A stretch of 45,326 nucleotides of DNA from Massilia sp. GTDB taxonomy: Bacteria; Pseudomonadota; Gammaproteobacteria; Burkholderiales; Burkholderiaceae_D. This document shows, piece after piece, positions 19,313 to 28,098 of the stretch (its first letter is position 1; every line of letters begins with the position of its first letter). Location: contig JAQGLR010000348.1 of NCBI GenBank assembly GCA_028292765.1, positions 1 to 45,326 of the forward strand, written 5' to 3'. The position numbers were made by a program, and so were the translations under genes. The notes below the pieces were generated by a model, which was given only the letters and a program-made list of their open reading frames with translations, did not search any database and was not told the DNA's origin.

Positions 19313-20527
19313 ATGGCAGGCAGCGGCGACATGGCTTCAGCAGGCGAAACGTCCCCGGTCGCGCAGGCCAGGGTTCTCATCGATCCATACCGCGACTGGT
19401 CGGAAAGCGAGGGTATTCCGATTCATACCGATTTCGGGCACAACCTGCTGGAGCTTGAGACAGGCCACTGGGATCGCTACGACGCCCGTGGTTGCTTCGC
19501 CCATACGTACGGCGCTGGCGATTTCATGGCCAACTATGTGCTGGAAGTGGAGGGCGGCAAGAAGACACGCCCGGTCAAACACCTGTACGAGATGTTCTGT
19601 TACGTGCTTGCCGGTCATGGGTCGACCAAGGTCTGGTTGCCGAGCGGAGAGACCCGGGTTTTCGAATGGGGGCCGAAGGCGGTGTTTGCCATCCCGCTCA
19701 ACTGCCAGTACCAGATCTTCAATGCTACCGGCGCCACGCCGGTGCGTATTTCGTGCACCAACAACGCGCCGATCACGATCAACCTGTACCATAACATCGA
19801 TTTTGTTTTCGACAACCCGTTCGCCTTCCCGGAACGCACAGGTGCAACGGGGTACTTCGAGGGCGAGGGCGAGCACACGGCGTACATCCACAAGTCGAAC
19901 ACGATCAAGCGCAATCTGTGGGAAACCAATTTTGTCGACGACGTCTCGCGCTTCAAGCTGTACGAATTCGAGGAGCGCGGCCCGGGCTCGACCAACGTCA
20001 GCTTTATCCTTGCAGACGGCACCATGCATTCGCACGTCTCGCAGATTCCGAAGGGGCGCTACAAGAAGGCGCACCGCCATGCGGCCGGCACCCATGTCCA
20101 CGCGGTCGACGGCGAAGGCTATTCGCTGCTGTGGTACGAGGGCGATTCGGAATTCCGTGAAATCCCGTGGAAGCACGGCTACATGTACGCACCGCCGTTC
20201 TGGATGTTCCACCAGCACTTCAACACCTGCGCGCAGCCGGCGCGCTATCTTGCCTGCAGCCTGGGCAGCCGGCGCTATCCGTTCATTTCGCTCAGGCGCC
20301 GGAGTTCCGAGGGCGCGGGGTCGATTTCGCTGACCCAGGGCGGGCGCCAGCTCGAGTACGAGGATCAGGATCCGCGCATCCATCGCAAATGGCTGGAGAC
20401 CCTGCGCAAGGAGGGCGTCGCATCCGAAATGGGCGATATCTTCGACGAGCCGGCCATTCTCGCGCTTTCTCCCGAGGACTTGTCCGGACCCATCCGCATG
20501 CCAACGTCGACCGGTCCCGCTATCTAG
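19313..20527 (+). CDS. bicupin domain protein (cupin 1; gentisate-dioxygenase-like fold)
   Basis: Two cupin repeats: KHLYE..CYVLAGHG...FAIP and KAHRHAAG.H...GEGYS...FHQHFN. Paralog of 26817-28019. Confidence 0.8.
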   Translation: MAGSGDMASAGETSPVAQARVLIDPYRDWSESEGIPIHTDFGHNLLELETGHWDRYDARGCFAHTYGAGDFMANYVLEVEGGKKTRPVKHLYEMFCYVLAGHGSTKVWLPSGETRVFEWGPKAVFAIPLNCQYQIFNATGATPVRISCTNNAPITINLYHNIDFVFDNPFAFPERTGATGYFEGEGEHTAYIHKSNTIKRNLWETNFVDDVSRFKLYEFEERGPGSTNVSFILADGTMHSHVSQIPKGRYKKAHRHAAGTHVHAVDGEGYSLLWYEGDSEFREIPWKHGYMYAPPFWMFHQHFNTCAQPARYLACSLGSRRYPFISLRRRSSEGAGSISLTQGGRQLEYEDQDPRIHRKWLETLRKEGVASEMGDIFDEPAILALSPEDLSGPIRMPTSTGPAI

Positions 20528-20542
20528 CGCAAGGAGGGCAGG

Positions 20543-22114
20543 GTGCCGCACGATCTCGATTTCGACCACGAGCATGAACAGATGGGCGAGGCCGACCGCG
20601 CGGCGCTCGCGCAGCTGATCTGGGAGCAAGACACGATCACGCTGCGCACGGTCGGCATCGACATCGGAAGCTCGACCTCGCACCTGCTCTTCGCGCAAGT
20701 GACGCTGAGGCGCTTTGCCGAAGGCTTGTCCAGCCGCTTCGTCGTGGTGGGCCGGCAGGTGCTGTGGCGCTCGCCCATCATGCTGACGCCTTTCCTGTCT
20801 GATGGCAGCATCGACGCGCACGAGCTGCGCCATTTCATACGCCACGCCTATCACGACGCGGGCTTCGCCAGGAGCGACATCGACACCGGCGCCGTGATCC
20901 TGACCGGCGAAGCCATCAAGCGCAAGAACGCGCGCCTGGTCGACGAGATCTTCGCCCAGGAATCCGGGAAATTCGTCTGCGCCACCGCCGGCCACAAGCT
21001 GGAAAGCGTCCTGGCCGCCCATGGGTCGGGCGCCGCCGCCTTGTCGCGGCGCAGAGGCGAATGCGTCCTGCACGTCGACATCGGCGGCGGCACGACCAAA
21101 CTGGCGCTGGTCGACAAGGGCGAGATCGTCAGCGTCGCGGCGTTCGCCGTCGGCGGTCGCCTGCTGGCCCAGGACGCTGGCGGTGCATGGACGCGCTGCG
21201 ACGACTCGGCACGCATGGTTGCCGAGCAGCTCGGCATCGATGTCTCGCCGGCAAGCCTGGCGCGCGCACCCGTCCGGCTCGCGATCGCCAGACGCGTGGC
21301 GCAGGTCGTTATCGACCAGATCACCGGAACCCCCCTCGACGCCCTGGGCCGTGCTCTCCAACTGACCCCACCGCTGGAGCGCGGGGTGCAGCCGGACTTC
21401 ATTACGTTTTCCGGGGGCGTAGCGGAATACATTTTCGGCCGCGAGCACGCCAGCCACGGCGACATCGCCGAGTCGCTCGCGCGCGAAATCGTCGCCCAGA
21501 TCAGGGCGCGTGTCGCGCTTCCCATCGTCGAACCCATGGAACGTATTCGGGCGACCGTGATCGGCGCATCCCAGTTCACGGTACAGGTCAGCGGCAAGAC
21601 GATCTATCTGCCCGACCCCGGCTTGCTGCCGATCCACAACCTGCCGGTCGTCCACCTGGGCGCCGACATTTCCGGCCGCATCGATCCGCAGCAGGTCGCC
21701 GCAGCCCTGCGCGACAGCGCCGCGATGCTCGACCTTGCGCCCGCTGCGCGGCTGGCGATCGCCTTCACATGGCAGGGCGAACCCGAGCATTCCCGGCTGT
21801 TCGCGATGGCCAGCGCCATCATGTTGTTCGCGGCGCCGGCTGGCAAGCGCAACGAACCCCTGTTCCTGATGATCGACGGCGACGTGGCGGCCTCGCTCGG
21901 CCGCATCCTGCACCAGGAACTGCAGCTGGACGGCAGCCTGGTGTCGCTCGACGGTGTCACCCTGCGCGCGCTCGACTTCGTCGACGTCGGCGCCATGCTC
22001 GATCCGCCGGGCGTGCTGCCGGTGGTGATCAAATCCTTGCTGTTCCCCGCGGATAGCGGCCACCATGCGGCGCAGCCACCCTTGGCGGACCAGGCAAGCG
22101 ACGACGCCCCGTGA
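20543..22114 (+). CDS. eutA: EutA-like (ethanolamine ammonia-lyase reactivase family) ASKHA ATPase, copy 1
   Basis: VGIDIGSSTS, GAVILTGEA, ATAGHKLES.LAAHGSGA, DIGGGTTK, FSGGVAE, IRATVIGASQ and VVIKSLLF. AAGGAGG RBS. Family-level call only. Confidence 0.85.
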   Translation: MPHDLDFDHEHEQMGEADRAALAQLIWEQDTITLRTVGIDIGSSTSHLLFAQVTLRRFAEGLSSRFVVVGRQVLWRSPIMLTPFLSDGSIDAHELRHFIRHAYHDAGFARSDIDTGAVILTGEAIKRKNARLVDEIFAQESGKFVCATAGHKLESVLAAHGSGAAALSRRRGECVLHVDIGGGTTKLALVDKGEIVSVAAFAVGGRLLAQDAGGAWTRCDDSARMVAEQLGIDVSPASLARAPVRLAIARRVAQVVIDQITGTPLDALGRALQLTPPLERGVQPDFITFSGGVAEYIFGREHASHGDIAESLAREIVAQIRARVALPIVEPMERIRATVIGASQFTVQVSGKTIYLPDPGLLPIHNLPVVHLGADISGRIDPQQVAAALRDSAAMLDLAPAARLAIAFTWQGEPEHSRLFAMASAIMLFAAPAGKRNEPLFLMIDGDVAASLGRILHQELQLDGSLVSLDGVTLRALDFVDVGAMLDPPGVLPVVIKSLLFPADSGHHAAQPPLADQASDDAP

Positions 22115-22242
22115 TCTGATCATGTTACAGGAAGCTGCTTCGAGCAGAGCGGTGGCAGCGAAGCGTTTCATCGATGGACCGATCGGCCAGACGAGTACCA
22201 GGAGCGTCGATATCGCCTGTCGGACCGCCGGCCCGAGGTGCC

Positions 22243-23310
22243 TCAAGCGTCGTGGCTGTGGCGATGATGGAGGTCCGGATAGTGCTCGTGCGTATGGTGC
22301 AAAGGAAGATGCCGGTGGGGATGCGTGTGCCGCTGATCGCGGTTCCAGGGGAATGCATGCTGGTGCCGATGGTGCTCGTCGGCCGCATCGTGTCCGTGTT
22401 CATGGCTGTGCTCGAGGGCCTCGTGCCCATGCGCATGGCGGTGTTGTTCGGTCAAGTGCAGCCAGATCCCGGCCGCCATCAGCGCTGCAGCGGCCCAGAA
22501 GACCGGGCCCGGTGTTTCCCGCAGCAGCAGCAGCGACACGGCGGCACCCGCGAACGGGGCGGCCGAGAAGTAGGCGCCCGTGCGCGCCGTCCCGAGGTGG
22601 CGCAATGCGATCACGAACATCACCAGGCTCAGGCCATACCCGCAGAAGCCGACCACGCCCGCAGCCAGCGTCGGACCAGGACCCGGCATCTCCGCGCCGA
22701 TTGCCAGGGCAATCAGCAGGTTGACGGTACCGGCCACCAGGCCCTTGATTGTCACGATCTGCACGGCGTCCGCGGCAGCCACCTTGCGGGTGAGGTTGTT
22801 GTCGATGGCCCAGCACAGGCAGGCCGCAACGATGGCCAGCGCGCCCGGCGCAAGACTGCCGGCGCCCGCCGGATCGAGTGACAGCAGGACGCCGGCGGCG
22901 ACGATGAGCGCCATGCCAAGGACGATGCGGCGGTCGAAATTTTCCTTGAACACGAACCACGCCAGCGCCGCCGTCAGCACGCCTTCCAGATTCAGCAGCA
23001 AGGACGCCGATGAGGCGGGAACCAGCGCCAGGCCGGTCATCAGCAGCACCGGGCCGCAGATGCCTCCCGCGACGATCGCGCCGGCGAGCCAGGGCAAGTC
23101 CTGCCGCCCGAGGCCGGTCTGCGCGCGCTGCTCCCGCGCCTCTGCGATGCGGCGCCAGCCGAGCCAGACGGCGAGGCCGAGGCCGCTGCCCAGGTAGAGA
23201 ATTCCAGCAAGGATGACCGGCGCCGCGTCGCGGATCAGGAGTTTGGCAAATGGCGTGCTGGCGCCGAACAGTGCGGCGGACGCCAGCGCATACAGGACTG
23301 CCTTGTGCAT
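22243..23310 (-). CDS. DMT/EamA family transporter with His-rich C-terminal tail
   Basis: ALASAALFGASTP.AK, SLLLNLEG, WAIDNNLTRK and LGTARTGAYFS, with about 24 His in the last ~66 residues. GGAGG RBS before ATG 23310. Confidence 0.88.
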   Translation of the reverse strand: MHKAVLYALASAALFGASTPFAKLLIRDAAPVILAGILYLGSGLGLAVWLGWRRIAEAREQRAQTGLGRQDLPWLAGAIVAGGICGPVLLMTGLALVPASSASLLLNLEGVLTAALAWFVFKENFDRRIVLGMALIVAAGVLLSLDPAGAGSLAPGALAIVAACLCWAIDNNLTRKVAAADAVQIVTIKGLVAGTVNLLIALAIGAEMPGPGPTLAAGVVGFCGYGLSLVMFVIALRHLGTARTGAYFSAAPFAGAAVSLLLLRETPGPVFWAAAALMAAGIWLHLTEQHRHAHGHEALEHSHEHGHDAADEHHRHQHAFPWNRDQRHTHPHRHLPLHHTHEHYPDLHHRHSHDA

Positions 23311-23355
23311 CTTCGCCTCCTTCGCCAAGAATCTTCCATGGTCACCGCCCTGCCT

Positions 23356-23372
23356 GTTCCATTTGTCGGAAC
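23356..23372. promoter_or_regulatory. palindromic operator (putative IclR site) 2
   Basis: GTTCCATTTGTCGGAAC in the divergent DMT/TPP intergenic region. Confidence 0.65.
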
Positions 23373-23430
23373 GTGGCAGCACGAATCATACTTCAGTACG
23401 CCCGGGAATCCACCTGCCAAAAACGTTATT

Positions 23431-23447
23431 GTTCCGTATGTCAGAAC
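23431..23447. promoter_or_regulatory. palindromic operator (putative IclR site) 3
   Basis: GTTCCGTATGTCAGAAC upstream of the TPP-enzyme gene. Confidence 0.62.
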
Positions 23448-23531
23448 ATCATTCTAAATATGTTTATTTTGCCGTTGACTTGTGTTTAGATTCCCGACAG
23501 TACAACAGAACAAAAAACAATGGAGACGCAC

Positions 23532-25352
23532 ATGAACAAGCCAGTCGAAACAGGCGCAATTCCCGGGCACATGACCTCGATCGGCGACACCCGCGAGCCA
23601 CCCGGGGTGGTACCGGCCGACCAGCGCTGGGGCTCCGACGTCATCGTCGACCTCCTGCACCAGTACAAGCTGCCGTATGCGGCGCTCAACCCCGGCGCCA
23701 GCTACCGCGGCCTGCACGACTCGATCGTCAACTACGGCCAGAACTATCCCTGCATGATGCTGTGCCAGCACGAGGAGACCGCGGTGCAGATCGCGCATGG
23801 CTATGCCAAAGCCAGCGGCCGGCCGATGGTCGCGATCCTGCATAACCTGGTAGGGCTGCTGCACTCGAACATGGCGGTCTATTACGCCTACATCGACCGC
23901 GCGCCGGTGTTCCTCGTGGGCGCGACCGGCCCGATGGACGAGACCAAGCGCCGCCCGCGCATCGACTGGACCCATACCGCCAACGTGCAGGGCCAGGCCG
24001 TGCGCGACTACACAAAATGGGATTACCAGCCTACCGTAGTCGACGGCGTGCCGGAATCGTTCGCGCGCGCCTACGGCGTGATGATGACCGAGCCACAAGG
24101 GCCAGTGTACATGTGCTACGACGCCTGGTTGCAGGAGGCCCCGCTTGAACACGAGGTAGCGCTGCCGCCGGCATCGGCCGCCGCGGTGCCGAGCCGGATT
24201 GCGCCCGATAGCGCAGCCCTGCAGAAGGCAATGGACATGCTGGTGGCGGCCGAGCGCCCGGTCATCATGGCGGAGTACAGCGGCCGCGAGCACGAGGCCT
24301 TCCACTCGCTGGTGGAGCTGGCTGAAATGCTGGGCATCCCCGTGTTCGACATCAACAGCCGGCTGAATTTCCCGAGCTGCCATCCGCTCAACCTCAGCAT
24401 GAGCAAAGACGTGTTTCGCGACGCTGACCTGATCCTGTGCCTGGACGTGCGCGACTGGGAAAAGCCGACCACTGAACTGACCAGTACCACGCGCGAGCTG
24501 GTCAGCCTGGTGCCTGCGGGCGCGCGCTGGATCGATATCGGTTTCGGCGATCTCGAGCTGTCCAGCTGGGCCATGGATTACCAGCGCCTGCTGCACGCCG
24601 ACTTGCGCATCCTGGGCGACACCACCGTCGCGATCCCGCAGCTGACCAGGCTGGCGCAGCGGTGCCTGGGCGAAGACGCCGCGCTGGCGGCGCGCGTGCG
24701 CGTGCGTACCGAGCAGACGGCGGCCAGGCACTACGCCGCGCGCGCCGGATGGGCAGCGCAGGCGCGCGAGAACTGGGACCAGGTCCCGATGACCCCGGCC
24801 CGCCTGGCGAGCGAGGTGTGGGACGTCATCCGCGACGAAGACTGGGTGCTGACGGCGGGCACGCTGAACGACTGGGCCCGCAAGTTGTGGGACTTCGACC
24901 TGCCGCATCGACATCCCGGCAAGTCGCTGGGCACCGCCACGCAGATCGGCATTTCGCTCGGCGTTGCACTGGCGCACCGCGGTGCGGGCCGGCTGGTGGT
25001 GGACATCCAGCCGGACGGCGACCTGATGTTCGACGCCGGCGCGCTGTGGGTGGCCGCGAAACACAAGATTCCGCTGCTCGTCGTCATGTACAACAACCGC
25101 GCCTATTACAACGACTGGGAACACCAGATACGCATGGCGAAGCAGCGCGGCACCGCGCTTGAGCGCGCCCACATCGGCATGGACATGGATGATCCGGCCC
25201 CGGACTTCGCGACCATGGCGCGCTCGATGGGCTGGTACGCAGAAGGTCCGATCGAGCAGGGCGGCGACGTCGCGGCGGCGCTCAGGCGCGCCATCGAACG
25301 GGTCAAGGCTGGCCAGCCCGCGCTGGTCGACACGATCACCCAGAAGCGTTGA
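23532..25352 (+). CDS. thiamine pyrophosphate-binding enzyme (acetolactate synthase/benzoylformate decarboxylase superfamily)
   Basis: NPGAS, HEE.AV..AHGYAK and the TPP motif variant PDGDLM...MYNN. GGAGA RBS before ATG 23532. Confidence 0.9.
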   Translation: MNKPVETGAIPGHMTSIGDTREPPGVVPADQRWGSDVIVDLLHQYKLPYAALNPGASYRGLHDSIVNYGQNYPCMMLCQHEETAVQIAHGYAKASGRPMVAILHNLVGLLHSNMAVYYAYIDRAPVFLVGATGPMDETKRRPRIDWTHTANVQGQAVRDYTKWDYQPTVVDGVPESFARAYGVMMTEPQGPVYMCYDAWLQEAPLEHEVALPPASAAAVPSRIAPDSAALQKAMDMLVAAERPVIMAEYSGREHEAFHSLVELAEMLGIPVFDINSRLNFPSCHPLNLSMSKDVFRDADLILCLDVRDWEKPTTELTSTTRELVSLVPAGARWIDIGFGDLELSSWAMDYQRLLHADLRILGDTTVAIPQLTRLAQRCLGEDAALAARVRVRTEQTAARHYAARAGWAAQARENWDQVPMTPARLASEVWDVIRDEDWVLTAGTLNDWARKLWDFDLPHRHPGKSLGTATQIGISLGVALAHRGAGRLVVDIQPDGDLMFDAGALWVAAKHKIPLLVVMYNNRAYYNDWEHQIRMAKQRGTALERAHIGMDMDDPAPDFATMARSMGWYAEGPIEQGGDVAAALRRAIERVKAGQPALVDTITQKR

Positions 25353-25447
25353 CATCCGGATCAGGCAGCAAGAAGGGCTTGAGGTAAGCAAAGGTGCAGT
25401 AATTCATATTTATAACCGGCCTGCTCGACAGGCACAGGAGACAATGA

Positions 25448-26533
25448 ATGAAGACTCACGCAACGTGCGGTGCCGGCATACTGGCGAAAATAGGTTTTGC
25501 GTTCCTGCTCGGTCTGTCCTGCTCGGTCTCGGCCCAGGTCAAGAGCAAGCACCACGACCTGTACAACTACCAGGGCGCCGACCGCGAACAGCGCCTGCTG
25601 GAAGGCGCGAAGAAGGAAGGCACGGTGGTGGTCTATACCTCGCTGAACCTGAAGGATTCGGTGCCCATCACCGATGCGTTCGAGAAGAAGTACGGACTCA
25701 AGGTATCGCTGTGGCGGGCCGGCAGCGAGAAGGTGCTGCATCGGACCGTCACCGAAGCGCGCGCCGGGCGTTTTTCGCCGGACGTGATCGAGACCAACGG
25801 CCCGGAGATGGAAGCGCTGTACCGCGAGAAGCTGCTGTCGGAATTCTACAGCCCGGCCTTCAAGGATATTCCGGCCATGGCTTTTCCGCCGCATCGCCAT
25901 TACGTGGCCGACCGCTTCAATTTTTTCGTGCTCGGCTATAACACCAACCTGGTCAAGCCGGAGGACGTGCCCAGGTCGTACCAGGACCTGCTCCACCCGC
26001 GCTGGCACGGCAAGATCGGCATCGAATCGGGCGACAGCGACTGGTTCGCCGCCGTCACCAAGGCAATGGGCGAGAAGGAAGGCCTGGCGTACTTCCGCAA
26101 ACTGGCCGCAACGCAGCCGCAGATGCGCACTGGTCACACCCTGATGGCGGAACTGCTGTCGGCCGGCGAGCTGCCGATCGCCGCCACGGTGTACAACCAC
26201 AATGTCGAGCGCCTGAGCAAGAAGGGTGCCCCGGTCAAATGGGTTCCGCTCGGCCCGACCTTCGGCCGACCGAATGCGATCGGCGTGGCCAGGCATGCAC
26301 CGCACCCGCACGGCGCCCTGCTGTTCACCGACTTCATGCTCTCGCGCGAGGGGCAGGAGCTGATCAAGGAGCGTAACCGCGTCCCGGCCAGTACCGCGGT
26401 CGACACCGCACTCAACAAGTTCCCCTACAAGATGATCGATCCGGTGATCGTGCTCGACGAGTCGCAGAAGTGGGAACAGCTGTGGGCGCAGCTGTTCCAC
26501 AAGGGCCAGGCGCCGAAAAAAGAGGAGGACTGA
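25448..26533 (+). CDS. ABC transporter substrate-binding protein 1 (AfuA/FbpA-like fold)
   Basis: Signal peptide, GAKKEGTVVVYTS, YNTNLVKP..PRSYQDLLHPRW.GKI and APHPHGALLF.DF.LS.EGQ. Confidence 0.88.
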   Translation: MKTHATCGAGILAKIGFAFLLGLSCSVSAQVKSKHHDLYNYQGADREQRLLEGAKKEGTVVVYTSLNLKDSVPITDAFEKKYGLKVSLWRAGSEKVLHRTVTEARAGRFSPDVIETNGPEMEALYREKLLSEFYSPAFKDIPAMAFPPHRHYVADRFNFFVLGYNTNLVKPEDVPRSYQDLLHPRWHGKIGIESGDSDWFAAVTKAMGEKEGLAYFRKLAATQPQMRTGHTLMAELLSAGELPIAATVYNHNVERLSKKGAPVKWVPLGPTFGRPNAIGVARHAPHPHGALLFTDFMLSREGQELIKERNRVPASTAVDTALNKFPYKMIDPVIVLDESQKWEQLWAQLFHKGQAPKKEED

Positions 26534-26536
26534 CCG

Positions 26537-26572
26537 GGGCGGGCCACGCTGGCCCGCTCTATCCGCTTTTTT
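26537..26572 (+). terminator. possible terminator hairpin after SBP1
   Basis: GCGGGCCA-cgc-TGGCCCGC stem (26539-26557). The T6 run is offset, at 26567-26572. Confidence 0.35.
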
Positions 26573-26640
26573 CCATCTCTTCCTTCAGGCCGGAGCTCCG
26601 CCCGGCCTCCTCATCCCCTCCGGCCGCGCCCTGCGGCATG

Positions 26641-26669
26641 TTGACTTTCAATTCCGGCCAGCGTACTAT
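26641..26669 (+). promoter_or_regulatory. sigma70-type promoter for cupin2-eutA2-pip
   Basis: TTGACT(26641-26646)-N17-TACTAT(26664-26669). Confidence 0.62.
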
Positions 26670-26670
26670 C

Positions 26671-26707
26671 GATCCAGATGATGGAACACCATCCCGTATA
26701 TCGGAAC
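26671..26707. promoter_or_regulatory. tandem palindromic operators (putative IclR sites) 4 and 5
   Basis: GATCCAGATGATGGAAC (26671-26687) and ATCCCGTATATCGGAAC (26691-26707), 20 bp apart, directly after the -10 box. Confidence 0.55.
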
Positions 26708-26816
26708 GCCAGATGCGCGGAGCCTCCCGCGATCCGAAGGATGCGGGCACGGAACCGGACAAGATTTCTATGACGCCTTGGATGAGGCCAACTGTTCACG
26801 AAGATAGGAAGAGACC

Positions 26817-28019
26817 ATGCCACACGATAAAGACCGGACCCACTGGCACGAACCCGCCGCCAACAAGAAAGCCGGCTTCGGCGAATTCAAGAAGCAGCCA
26901 ACGCCCTACGACGCATACATGGAGCAGGAAGGCATTCCCGTGTTCCGCGATATCGGAATCAGCAACGTGCGCAACCTGCCGCTGGTGCCATGGGCGCGGC
27001 GCGGCGGCCGCGGCCACTTCATCCAGCTGTACGGTACCGAAGGCAAGTGGGGCTGCTACGTGATCGAGGTGCCGCCGGCCGGCGCGCTGAACGTGGAAAA
27101 GCACATGTACGAGGAGATCTTCCTCGTCATCGAGGGCCGCGGCACCACCGAGGTATGGCAGGAAGGCGACATCAAGAAGCATGTATTCGAGTGGCAGGCC
27201 GGCTCGCTGTTCTCGATCCCGATGAATGCGATGTACCGCATCGTCAACGCCACCTCGAGCGGCGCGCTGCTCCTGGCCGGTAATACGGCGCCGAACGTGA
27301 TCAACATGATCAACAACTTCGACGCGGTCTTCAACAACCCGTTCATCTTCCATGACCGCTTCAGCAGCGCCGACGATTTCTACAGGGCGCGCGACGAGAT
27401 CGAGGCCGATCCGGTGCGCGGTCTGGCCATGCGCCGCACCAACCTGATCCCGGATGCGGCCAACTGCGACCTGCCGCTGGATAACCGGCGCTCGCCGGGC
27501 TATCGCCGGGTCGAGCCGTTCATGACCAACAACTGCTTCTACTTCTGGATCGGCCAGCACGAGAACGGCCGTTACTCGAAAGCGCACGCGCACACCTCGG
27601 CGGCAATCCTGATCTGCCTGAAGGGCAAGGGCTACACCTACACCTGGCCCGAACGCCTCGGCGTGAACCCGTGGCGCGACGGCTTCGGCGACCAGGTGCG
27701 CCGCCTCGACTACGAGCCGGGCGGCATGGTAACGGCGGCGCCGGGCGGCGCGCGCTGGTACCACCAGCACTTCAGCGTGTCCGAAGAGCCGTTCCGCCTG
27801 ACCGCCTGGTTCGGCCCGCACAACCCCGGCCGCGACCCCGGCCCACCAGGCGAGAAGCACACCGACTACACGGCGATCGACGTCAACGAGGGTGGATCGG
27901 CCATTCCGTACTGGATGGAAGACGCGTTCGTGCGCCAGGAGTATGAGGCAAAGCTGAAGCAGAACCGCGTCGAGAACCGCATGGACCCGAACTGGTACCT
28001 GCCGCCCAACCTCAAGTAA
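26817..28019 (+). CDS. bicupin domain protein (cupin 2)
   Basis: EKHMYEEIFLVIEGRG...FSIP and KAHAHTSAA...GKGYT...WYHQHF. Paralog of cupin 1. Confidence 0.8.
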   Translation: MPHDKDRTHWHEPAANKKAGFGEFKKQPTPYDAYMEQEGIPVFRDIGISNVRNLPLVPWARRGGRGHFIQLYGTEGKWGCYVIEVPPAGALNVEKHMYEEIFLVIEGRGTTEVWQEGDIKKHVFEWQAGSLFSIPMNAMYRIVNATSSGALLLAGNTAPNVINMINNFDAVFNNPFIFHDRFSSADDFYRARDEIEADPVRGLAMRRTNLIPDAANCDLPLDNRRSPGYRRVEPFMTNNCFYFWIGQHENGRYSKAHAHTSAAILICLKGKGYTYTWPERLGVNPWRDGFGDQVRRLDYEPGGMVTAAPGGARWYHQHFSVSEEPFRLTAWFGPHNPGRDPGPPGEKHTDYTAIDVNEGGSAIPYWMEDAFVRQEYEAKLKQNRVENRMDPNWYLPPNLK

Positions 28020-28098
28020 CAGCAAACGGCCGGCGGCGGCCGCAGTGGCGGCCGCGCGTACGGCAACACCATGAACACTGTCTTATAAGGCGCACTCC

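Noticed and set aside
19337-22246. 969-aa minus-strand ORF and other long antisense ORFs (842-2581, 10466-12082, 11985-13835, 23454-25391, 34765-36528, 39130-40530)
   Set aside because: They are shadow frames of well-supported plus-strand genes in GC-rich DNA, with no recognisable motifs.
23475-23506. sigma70 promoter starting at TTGACT 23475
   Set aside because: No acceptable -10 hexamer at 16-18 bp spacing.
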